A stretch of DNA of 63,765 bases, counting the filler, from Octopus bimaculoides (Eukaryota): NCBI RefSeq assembly GCF_001194135.2. It is 6 parts of 6 records of this genome, joined end to end, with 100 filler letters (N's around TTAATTAATTAA, not from the genome) between each part and the next. Parts side by side here need not be neighbours in the genome. Positions count along the whole stretch, not along the records: positions 49,847 to 55,277 come from NC_069006.1; positions 55,378 to 61,980 come from NC_068981.1; positions 62,081 to 63,765 come from NC_068987.1; 3 more parts are not named here. One strand, 5' to 3'. Below the pieces are notes generated by a model that saw nothing but the letters and a program-made list of their open reading frames with translations, ran no database searches and was not told the DNA's origin. Positions 54,031 through 63,765 of the stretch are shown in pieces (position 1 is the stretch's first letter; each line of letters opens with the position of its first letter). Both the position numbers and the translations under genes were made by a program.

Positions 54031-55277
54031 GAAGAAAAAACACAAAAGAAAAAAGGTAATGAGACCCTAATTTTCCACAAAAGAACAACCAGATACAACC
54101 GACATAATTCAAAAAAACTTTAGTAACATTTTTCCACGCAGGTTTCGAAACCGCAACTCCAAATCACCATACAACATCACCATGCAAACACCAGTTGCTG
54201 ACGTCACCTAACTATAGACCAATGAAATTTTACCTCCGATCAAAAGCGGACTTCATGAAATGAAACACAATTACCCTTTTAAAAAAATCAATGAACTGGA
54301 ACGGCTGGTGACCGTTCCTCATAGGGAAGACAGCCAGGCAGAACGACAAACTTGACCCCCAGAAAAGATAAAACGTCACCAGTATTTAAGGAACAAAAAA
54401 TGAGATCTGTTCACGCAAAAAATTATAAATACACCGAATTAAAAAAAAACGGTGTTACAAGCGAAAATCCCTGCACACGAGACTGTAAACAAACCCTTTG
54501 TTTTATTATCATTTCTCCCTTGTTTTTCTCCCTCTTAACTCAGTATGACCGAAACTTTGGTGATCCATATGTCTCATCGATCACTTATAATACTCTTGAA
54601 TTTTATACATTTAAAAAGATGATCCACATTTTTATATTAATAAATCTTATGAACATTTAAATTATATTTGATTTTATTGAAACATATTTTTCTAATTCAT
54701 AATTTAAAATTTTTTCCATTGACAAATAAAAAATACTGTTGAAACTAGTTTGGTATGTATATAAATATGTTTATTTTTTAAAATTTTATTGTTGTAACAA
54801 CTGTTAAATTGTAACATGGGGTAAGTCATGGGCTTAAAGGGGCGTTACGTCAAACCTTAAATAACTACCAAGGCAAATTTTGTTTTACGGTAATCAAAGA
54901 CCATAAAAATAAATACCAGTTGTGTACTCTTTACTTGTTTCAGTCATTTATATAGGTTTAAGTGTATATATATATATATGTTGTTTTTTTTTGGTTTTTT
55001 TAATATATATTTGTGTATATTGAGTGTATATTTGTATTTACATGTATGTATAAAGATATATATTTGTGAGTATAGATGTATATTTATATATATTGTGCGT
55101 GTGAGTGAGTGCGTGAGTGTAGTTTTGTTTTAGAATATTCCTTATTTATATATTTATTTGAGTGAATTTTTATTTGTGTGTATATTTTGTATATTTTTTT
55201 ATATATATAGTTATGAGTATTTTTGTGTATATGTATATGTATATTTATGTATGTACTTATGTAAATGTGTATATATA

Positions 55278-55377
55278 NNNNNNNNNNNNNNNNNNNNNNN
55301 NNNNNNNNNNNNNNNNNNNNNTTAATTAATTAANNNNNNNNNNNNNNNNNNNNNNNNNNNNNNNNNNNNNNNNNNNN
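55278..55377. other. Artificial scaffold join
   Basis: 44 N + TTAATTAATTAA (55322-55333) + 44 N. Confidence 0.95.
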
Positions 55378-55511
55378 TATATATATATATAGGTGTGTGA
55401 GTGTGTTTGTGTACGTGTGAATCCTGTGCGCTACGTGCGCGAGTGTGTATGTAAATATATTTTCAAATTAACGCAGAAAACTTAACGAAAATATTTCTTA
55501 TTTTATTACAG

Positions 55512-56045
55512 GATCCCTCTCAAGTTGTAACCTTTCTCTTCTTAAACTACATCTTGATTGTATCTTCGGCATCAATTCCAACCCAATGCGAAATACCAAC
55601 AGACTTAAAAGTCCGCTACGAGAGCTTGTCCAATGCAACCATTGGCAATCATTTTATTCTACCAGCTGAAATGGCTCCCGCTGAAAGTAACCGCACAACA
55701 TGGACCGATGGTGATAAAAGCTGCCCAACACCGCCTGTGTCTGGTGATATCTTTCGTGAACGTTCCACCTGTCCTTGGTACCTGAACATTACTCATGATT
55801 CAACAGTCTTCCCTCCATCACGTAGTGAAGCGGTATGTCGGTGTAGAAAGTGTTTAGAGTCTACAAGCACCACGCAACAATGTACGACTGTACACACTAA
55901 AATGACTGTCCTGAAACGTACAGGTGAATGTGTTGATGGATTATATGTGTACGAACCACATGTGATTGATGTAGCCACAGCCTGTGTGTGTGCACGGAGG
56001 ATTGATTTCATTGCTGATGGAAGTAGAGACGAATATGAGTCCTAA
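55512..56045 (+). CDS. IL17: Interleukin-17-like cytokine, main coding exon (177 codons: signal peptide plus IL-17 domain); first exon with ATG missing
   Basis: Translation has IL-17 motifs RSTCPW, D..FP...EAVC.C..C, C-TTV...VLKR and ACVC. Acceptor ttttattacag at 55501-55511 opens in phase 0 into DPSQVVTFLFLNYILIVSSA (hydrophobic signal-like). In-frame TAA at 55452-55454 with no ATG in between. Stop TAA at 56043-56045. The ORF-track start (TTG 55554) lies inside the signal peptide. Confidence 0.92.
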   Translation, partial: DPSQVVTFLFLNYILIVSSASIPTQCEIPTDLKVRYESLSNATIGNHFILPAEMAPAESNRTTWTDGDKSCPTPPVSGDIFRERSTCPWYLNITHDSTVFPPSRSEAVCRCRKCLESTSTTQQCTTVHTKMTVLKRTGECVDGLYVYEPHVIDVATACVCARRIDFIADGSRDEYES

Positions 56046-56698
56046 AAAATCGACCAACTGTCAAATTGTTCAATGCGTGTAACGCAAAAGCTATTCATTG
56101 AATAATGAAACGTGAAGTTGATCACAGTGTGGTTATTAATATTTTTAATTTATTCACTTTTCCTTTTTCGTTTTCATGTGTTTATATTTATCTTTGTTTA
56201 TACTATTTTGCCACCTTGGATATTCTAAACGGATTATAACTTTAATAATCAACAAATTCGTATGTATATGAGACTCATGAACCCATGAGCATGTAACTGA
56301 AATTAGGCATATATTTGCACATTAGAGGAGAAATTTCATATGGGCAAATGAGTGGGGGTTGTATGTTAAGTGCTGATGGATTGCATCCACCATTTCTAGA
56401 AATTTACTTTATTATATTCTCATATACTACAATTTGTAACTATGTTCATCTCGTTTTGTAACCTGTACATTATCACTGGTCATCCCCCAACCACTAACTT
56501 TGCATATCTCGTCTCATACTCAATATATTATATGATAGCACATGTATGTATGTATGTATGTATGTATGTATGTATGTATGTATGCATGTATGTATGTATG
56601 TATGTATGTGTGTATATGTGTTTATATACATACATACTCGTATACATACATACATACATACATGCATACATACATACATACATAATATATATATATAT

Positions 56699-57778
56699 CA
56701 GGTCATCCCATAAGTTCTGTCCGATTTTACCATTTTCAAAATGGAATGAAATTTAATAGTATTTTAGAATGTCTAATGGAATTAAAAATTATTTTTATGC
56801 ATTTGTGTACATTTAAACCAATTAAATATTATTTTATAGAGTAATAGAATTAAAATTTCTATGATTAAAACCCTTTCTAACATGGAAGTATCCAAAGAGC
56901 ATTTGAGGCACATAATACTTTATGAGTACAAAAAATGAAACTCTGCATTATCGGTTGAAGTACAGGCAATAAAGCTTAGTTCAAACCATGCAACTGTTCA
57001 TTGTCATCTTCAACAACTTGGAAAATGGGTGCCTCATGAATTGTCCGAAAGCAACAGCAAATCCCGAGTTGACATCTGCTCCTCGATCCATTCTCGCGAA
57101 CTCATTTCATCCTTTTTGGATAGACTTGTGACTGGTGACGAAAAATGGATCTTCTATCGAAATGTTAAACGTCGTAAACAGTGGCTTGGTAAAAGGGTAA
57201 AAAACTCAACCACAACCGAGAAGGGAACTTCATGGAAAAAAGGTTCTTCTCTCTATCTGGTGGGATTGCAAAGGAGTAATTCACTTTGAAGTGTTACCAC
57301 CTAATGCAACAATCAATGCTCAAGTCTACTGTCAGCAATTAGAGCGTTTGAACCAAGCTTTGAAGAAAAAAAGACCCGCTTTAGTGAATTGAAAAGGAGT
57401 GATGCTTCAAATGGACAATGCGCGATCCCACCCTGCAAAGATCACATCACAGAAGATCGAAGAGCTTTGTTAGGAAAAAATTCCTCATTCACCTTATTCT
57501 CCCGACCTTGCTCCTTCAGACTACTATTTGTTTCGTAGTTTACAGAATCATTTGGGGGACAAATTTCGCAAGCCAGGAGGAGGTCGAAACTGACATTTCA
57601 GAGTTCTTCGCTTTGAATCCAAAAGCGTTTTACATTGATGGGATTAAAAGGCTTGTAAATAGATGGAAGGAAGTCATAGATAATCAGGAAAGTACATTGA
57701 TGATTAAATTTCAATTAAATATAGCATTTGATCACTTGTTTTCTTTATTCAAAATTTGGACAGAACTTATGGGATGAT

Positions 57779-57781
<3 letters not shown>
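56699..57781 (+). mobile_element. Degenerate mariner DNA transposon with both TIRs
   Basis: TIRs aggtcatcccataagttctgtcc (56700-) and ggacagaacttatgggatgatct (-57780), flanked by TA. Transposase remnants MEVSKEHLRHIILYEY (ATG 56882), WVPHEL, LVTGDEKW, DNAR and YSPDLAPSDYYLF. Stops, frameshifts and an internal deletion are present. Confidence 0.93.
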
Positions 57782-57811
<30 letters not shown>

Positions 57812-57980
57812 GTACATGCATACACACTTGTGTCGAACATTCATAAATACGTTATAACTGAAGTCTATGATTTTCAGCACTCCATGTTTCTCTTTGCAAT
57901 CATTACATGGTAAGCCTTACCCTACTTTATATATTCACTATCTGATTACTTTTTGAGTGCTGGAAATCGGATACTTTCAG

Positions 57981-58064
<84 letters not shown>

Positions 58065-58508
58065 NNNNNNNNNNNNNNNNNNNNNNNNNNNNNNNNNNNN
58101 NNNNNNNNNNNNNNNNNNNNNNNNNNNNNNNNNNNNNNNNNNNNNNNNNNNNNNNNNNNNNNNNNNNNNNNNNNNNNNNNNNNNNNNNNNNNNNNNNNNN
58201 NNNNNNNNNNNNNNNNNNNNNNNNNNNNNNNNNNNNNNNNNNNNNNNNNNNNNNNNNNNNNNNNNNNNNNNNNNNNNNNNNNNNNNNNNNNNNNNNNNNN
58301 NNNNNNNNNNNNNNNNNNNNNNNNNNNNNNNNNNNNNNNNNNNNNNNNNNNNNNNNNNNNNNNNNNNNNNNNNNNNNNNNNNNNNNNNNNNNNNNNNNNN
58401 NNNNNNNNNNNNNNNNNATATACATACATACATACATACATACATAAATACATACATACATACATGCATACATACATACATGCATACATACATGCACACA
58501 TACATACA

Positions 58509-58544
<36 letters not shown>

Positions 58545-58549
58545 CATAT

Positions 58550-59497
58550 ATATTCCACATTATTAGGCAAATCAACCTTTTTTCAATAGATAAATATATA
58601 TTCCTTAAAAAACAGTTGTTTTCCTACTGGCTGTTGGCAATACCTATCTGCGAACATACTGTTAAAGTAAATCGGATCTGCGCTGATGCCAATAAATGGC
58701 AGCCATTTTTGTGATTGGGTAACATTTTCGCTGCCTCAAATTATAAGGCAAGAATAATAAAATTGATAATTGTGTCAGAACAAACGTTTATTTAATTCAA
58801 TAGTAGATGTTAAACAAAAAAATTATTCATAAAGGACTTAATGTTAATCATAATAAGTTCGGCATTCATCAGTGAATAGAAATGCTGAAAAACTTATTTT
58901 CATGCATTCCTCTGCCCGTTTCAGTCTCTTCTGCTTATGAGCAACCTTCTGAGGAGGCCTTGTAACGGGTTTTTACATTCCTGGTTACCTGCTTCAAGAG
59001 GCGACACCTGGTAGTTTTCGATACGTCTTCCTTGCCACAACTTTAGAAGACTTCTCTACTTGTAGGACATGGGTCACGTACAACTTTCCTATTCACACGT
59101 GACAAAGTACTAGTCGACTAGACAGAATCAAGAGGTTGCACAAATTTCTTCACTATTCAGTGATCCCTTCCCAGTATTTTTGATATTTCTATGGTTGTTT
59201 TTCCTTTTCGAAGCTCTGACACGATGGTGAACTTCTCATTCGAAGTCAGATCCTGATTCTGACCTATAATGACACTTAAATTGGGTTCCTGCCTAATAAT
59301 TTCGGACAGAAGAAATGTTGCTGCTACACGAGAATGGGTGCCGTTTGTTTTCGTCTGCGCAGATCCGACTTATTTCCACAGAGTGTGCGCAAATAGGTGA
59401 TGCCAACAGTCAGTGGGAAAAAGAAATGGTTTTGAATGAATATACATGTATTTATTGAGAAAAGGTTGATTTGCTTAATAATGCAGGACGCAGTGTA
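58550..59497 (-). mobile_element. Internally deleted Tc1-family transposon with long (~205 bp) IR/DR inverted repeats
   Basis: 58550-58752 is an inverted copy of 59288-59497, with an attattaggca-like direct repeat at both ends of each arm. The minus strand encodes GQNQDLTSNEKFTIVSELRKGKTTIEISKILGRDH and KRAEECMKISFSAFLFTDEC (Tc1 paired-like domain and first catalytic Asp), interrupted by stops. Confidence 0.85.
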
Positions 59498-59509
59498 TAA
59501 ATATACATG

Positions 59510-59541
<32 letters not shown>

Positions 59542-60762
59542 CATACATACATACATATATTCATACATACATACATATATACATACACACACACACACAC
59601 ATATATATATAAATATATTTATCATATGTATATATTTATATATATATGTAAATACATATACATATAAGCATACACATATGTCTATGAATGTATATATATG
59701 CATATGTCCGTATATATATATATGCATGTATATATATATATATATATATATATGCATATGTCCGTATATATATATATGCATGTATATNNNNNNNNNNNNN
59801 NNNNNNNNNNNNNNNNNNNNNNNNNNNNNNNNNNNNNNNNNNNNNNNNNNNNNNNACATATATATATAAATATATTTATCATATGTATATATTTATATAT
59901 ATATGTATATATGTGTGTGTATGTATTTATGTATACATGCACACAGCAAACATGTTTAAAAACGCTGTATACACTGAATAAAATTACACTATTTTAAAAA
60001 GAACCTGTATTATTGATTATAGCTTTTAAATATTCCTTACAAATTTTTGATTTGTAATATACAATTAATTTTATAGTTTGTACATAAGTTGATATATTCT
60101 TACAATTACTGGTTTGTAAATACTAATTTTCATGTTTTTGCTACACTTTATTTCACCATATTATGTTGAATAGTATCTTGCTTAATATATTTTATAAATA
60201 TGGGAATCAAGATGAAATCGATTTATACCGTGTATAAATTATAATTCTAACATAAATTTATATCAAAACAAATAAAATATGTTATAAGCACAAATATTCT
60301 ACCTTTGTTTTTATATTCATTGCTCAGTGGGGATGAAGATATTGAACGAGAGAATACCGATGTCGGTGTGTTCTCGAGCGTAACGTCAATAACAGTGGGA
60401 ATGTTATGGTTTACTTCATCTTCCGAAAGGAATGAGCCAATGAGTGAGCTTGTTGGTGGAGTGCTGTGTCTAATAATACACTCGATATGAGGGGCAATGG
60501 AAACTTTGCTTCCTGTGCTTTTTTCCCCTCGTATTCAAATCTGAACTCACTATTTTAAAAATTATTCAATGGAAGACTTTTTGGACGAGCGTTACATACC
60601 TGAGTCGTGGTAAAAGGGTAAAAAGAAAAAAAAAAATGAAAAGAGGTTACGATGAATTTTTCAGCGACTGCCTGGTAATTCTCTCTGAAGAGAGAAATAA
60701 TAATTTTGAACAGTGGAAGTAAGTTAGACAGTGGAAGTAAGGAAGTAAATAAACAGAAGATA

Positions 60763-61160
60763 GGCGCAGGAGTGGCTGTGTGGTAAGTAGCTTGCTTGCC
60801 AACCACATGGTTCCGGGTTCATTCCCACTGCGTGGCACCTTGGGCAAGTGTCTTCTACTATAGCCTCGGGCCGACCAAAGCCTTGTGAGTGGATTTGGTA
60901 GACGGAAACTGAAAGAAGCCCGTCGTATATATGTATATATATGTGTGTATGTGTCTGTGTTTGTCCCCCCAACATCGCTTGACAACCGATGGTGGTGTGT
61001 TTACGTCCCCGTAATTTAGCGGTTCGGCAAAAGAGACCGATAGAATAAGTACTAGGCATCCAAAGAATAAGTCCTGGGGTCGATTTGCTCGACTAAAGGC
61101 GGTGCTCCAGCATGGCCACAGTAAAATGACTGAAACAAGTAAAAGAGTAAAAGAGTAAAA
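60763..61160 (+). mobile_element. tRNA-derived SINE family B, full-length copy
   Basis: A-box-like TGGCTGTGTGG and B-box-like GGTTCATTCC, internal TA/TG microsatellite, right arm, and (AAAGAGT)n tail. Homologous to at least 15 other copies in the window. Confidence 0.9.
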
Positions 61161-61687
61161 GTGAAGTGGCAAGTACATCTTAGAGAGCACGCATTCAAGC
61201 TTATAGAGGATGTTCATACGTCACAAAATTACCTAAGTTTAACAAGGATGATCAATGAAAAACAGACATAATATTTAGACCGCAAATATAAAACCTTTGA
61301 GAAGTATGCAATATAGTCATAATTGTCCCGAACATATAAAGATAGAGGTTACATTGCATATTTCTCGATGGTTCTGCTTTTGCGTCCTAAAATTTTCGTT
61401 GGTAAGTTTTTGAAATATTTAACAGTCCAAATTTTTTATTTTCTTCTGGGCATGATCAGGCAGCATCAAAGAGGTCATCGTACATCATTATGTACCACAG
61501 AACAGGCCTTTCGACAGCTGTTCGCAAACTCTTCCATTATATAACTTTAAAATAGCGAGGTCAGAGCAGTATTATGTCTCTTGCTGCTCATACCTGTATG
61601 TGTATACACTAATAATAAGGGTGGCTATTGAGACTTCATCTTACTATAATGTTAGCATCGTATACGCATTGTTCCCAGAAATCTAGC

Positions 61688-61810
61688 AAATCCACTCCCA
61701 AGGCTCTGGTCAATCTAGGGCTATTTATTGAAGACACTTCCCCAAGATGCCACGCAGTGTAACTGAACCCGGAACCATATGGATAAGAAGCAAACTCCTT
61801 ACCACACAGC
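61688..61810 (-). mobile_element. SINE family B left arm
   Basis: aaatccactc...gaagacact...gccacgcagtg..actgaacccggaacca. Confidence 0.75.
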
Positions 61811-61817
61811 AACGATT

Positions 61818-61912
<95 letters not shown>

Positions 61913-61980
61913 GCCTGACTGCCTGCCTGCCTGCCTGTCTGTTTGTCTATCTGTCTGTCTGTCTGCCTGCCTGTCTGTCT
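61818..61980. repeat. Compound (TATC)n/(TGTC)n/(TGCC)n tetranucleotide repeat
   Basis: Direct reading. Confidence 0.93.
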
Positions 61981-62080
61981 NNNNNNNNNNNNNNNNNNNN
62001 NNNNNNNNNNNNNNNNNNNNNNNNTTAATTAATTAANNNNNNNNNNNNNNNNNNNNNNNNNNNNNNNNNNNNNNNNNNNN
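61981..62080. other. Artificial scaffold join
   Basis: 44 N + TTAATTAATTAA (62025-62036) + 44 N. Confidence 0.95.
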
Positions 62081-62390
62081 GCGCTTCAGGATCAGTTACT
62101 GCAACAGCTTGGGATTCAGGGGCCCACAGCTTTTTAATATTCTCCCAAAGAGCCTGAAGAATCTGCACAAAGTAGATGTAGGAGTTTTTAAATCAAAGCT
62201 GGACCTCTTCCTATCGAGAGTCCCAGATGAACCTACCTCGCGGCAGGAGGTGCAAATGAGGGTTGCTAAATCAAACTCCATTCTTCACCAAGTGCCACAT
62301 ATTGTAAGAGGCTCCCTGTAATAAGAGTGTAGCAACATGGTGGTGCATCAGCATGGCCGCAGCTCTAAGCTGAAACTTTAAAAAAAAAAA
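62081..62390 (+). mobile_element. CR1/L2-group LINE 3' end with 3' stem-loop and A tail
   Basis: SLGFRGPQLFNILPKSLKNL...FKSKLDLFLSRVPDEP is a typical C-terminus of CR1-like ORF2. It is followed by cagctctaagctg and an A run at 62380-62390. Confidence 0.78.
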
Positions 62391-62461
62391 TACGTACATA
62401 TATATATTTATATGTAATCTTACTGTTAACAAAAGTCGGGATGCGAGGCGTTCAGTTACTC

Positions 62462-63490
62462 AATAGATGAAAACTGCATTCAATACTACAAAACGTAGGA
62501 CAGACACAGAAGGACACGCTAATTTTTCATCAGTTATCGACCAAAAATACTAATACACTCGGTTTCGTGTCTTTAACGATAAGACTGAGAACTTCGTATA
62601 TCGGGGGGTACCCACAAGATTTGCGTAGAATTAGGGATCGAGAAAACAAAACAATTCAGGGTGGACGTACGAAAGTAAACAAATGTAATTTGGAACGATA
62701 GATGAAGATAGAATAAATAACGCCTTTCGGCCAAACACGAAAATGATGAGTAACGCCTAGAAGAAATCCTCAATGGATATAAAAGGAGAGAAATGGTGGG
62801 AGAGAAGAAGATGTTGCAACTCTTTATTCTTTCTTTCTCTCGTCCTAATATTCCTTTTCTAGCATCCCTACTTCCTCTCTCTCTCTCTTTTTTTCTCTCT
62901 CTCTCATCTTCTCAAACTTAATTGTAGACTTTCTCTCTTCCTTCCCCTATTCACTCCCTCTCACTCTCTCTCTTTCACTCTTTCTCTCTCCCTCCCTCTC
63001 TCTCTCTCCCTCCCTCCCTCTCTCTCTCTGCCTCCCTCTCTCTCATCCTCCTTCCCTTCTATCTACTGCCCACACGAGACCCGTGACTAATTTTCCCATC
63101 TCTGCCTTTTCGCCACCGGACACTGAACCCGCCGATCAACATTTTCTCCTCTCTTACTACTTCTCTTTTTATATCCACTGAGGATTTCTTCTAGGTGTTA
63201 CCCACTGCACCCGTATTTCGCCGAAAGGCTTTTAATTATTGTGACGTCGCCTATCGTTTCAAATAACATTTGTGTAATTTCGTATGTCCACTCTGTATTG
63301 TCTTGTTTGCTCGAGCCCTAATTCTATACAAATATTACGGGTGCCGCCGACATACGAAGTTCTCAGTCTTATCGTTAAAGGCACGAAACTGAGTACTGAT
63401 ACTTTTAGTCGATCACTTATGAAGAATTAGCGTCCTTCTGTGTCCGTCGTACGTGTACGTTTTGTCGTTTTTAATGCATCTTTCATTTAT
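62462..63490. repeat. Inverted repeat with ~350-bp arms (62462-62816 / 63137-63490) around a CT-rich spacer
   Basis: Arms are collinear by eye, including a 29-nt perfect inverted match at 62571-62599 / 63352-63380. Confidence 0.88.
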
Positions 63491-63495
63491 ATATA

Positions 63496-63698
63496 CGATA
63501 GGGTGCTGAAAAGTTTCTGGTTTTGGGTAAAAGAAAATACAGGAAGATAAGTTAATTATGACTATGAAACGTACTTTCCTCTCAGATTCACATACTTATT
63601 GAAGCGGTCCTTCAGCTTTTCTACGCCCTGTAAAAGAACTCGGAAAGCTGGACCTCCAACCAAGCCCTTAATGCAGGGAACTTTTCAACCCCCTCTCG
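63496..63698 (-). mobile_element. Mariner-derived MITE (~200 bp)
   Basis: TA-flanked imperfect TIRs cgatagggtgctgaaaagtt / aacttttcaaccccctctcg. Internal minus strand reads GVEKLKDRFNKYVNLRGKYV, resembling a mariner transposase C-terminus. Confidence 0.78.
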
Positions 63699-63765
63699 TA
63701 TATACGTGTGTGTTTGTATGAGCTTGTATACATATATATGTGTGTATATATATATATATATATGT

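Noticed and set aside
54816-54826. ATGGG|GTAAGT as IL-17 exon 1
   Set aside because: Phase 2 donor is incompatible with the phase 0 acceptor (gives a stop after a few codons), and it lies across an artificial join.
56046-56410. AU-rich elements (ATTTA) in the IL-17 3' UTR
   Set aside because: Only isolated pentamers (56148, 56186, 56402), expected by chance in such AT-rich DNA.
59600-59915. Direct duplication on either side of the 59788-59855 gap
   Set aside because: Near-identical low-complexity sequence flanking an N gap is most likely unmerged contig overlap.

Overview
AT-rich eukaryotic genomic DNA, saturated with microsatellites and gaps. The SINE/LINE repertoire and a mollusc-type IL-17 gene suggest an octopus/cephalopod (inference). 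The window is not contiguous: five identical artificial spacers (44 N + TTAATTAATTAA + 44 N) join six pieces. The only well-supported host gene is the main coding exon of an interleukin-17-like cytokine (55512-56045, +), whose ATG-bearing first exon was not found. The rest is repeats: a degenerate mariner, an internally deleted IR/DR Tc1, a mariner MITE, Penelope-like (GIY-YIG) remnants, RTE, CR1/L2-group and RLE-type LINE fragments, and dozens of copies of at least three tRNA-derived SINE families. Highlights are hammerhead-ribozyme-like motifs in Penelope-type terminal repeats, a SINE/LINE shared 3' stem-loop with compensatory changes, a cluster of RLE-LINE ends nested in (TAA)n, and a ~350-bp-arm inverted repeat. 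Almost all ORFs in the supplied track are microsatellite or N-gap artefacts. All alignments and family assignments were made by eye.
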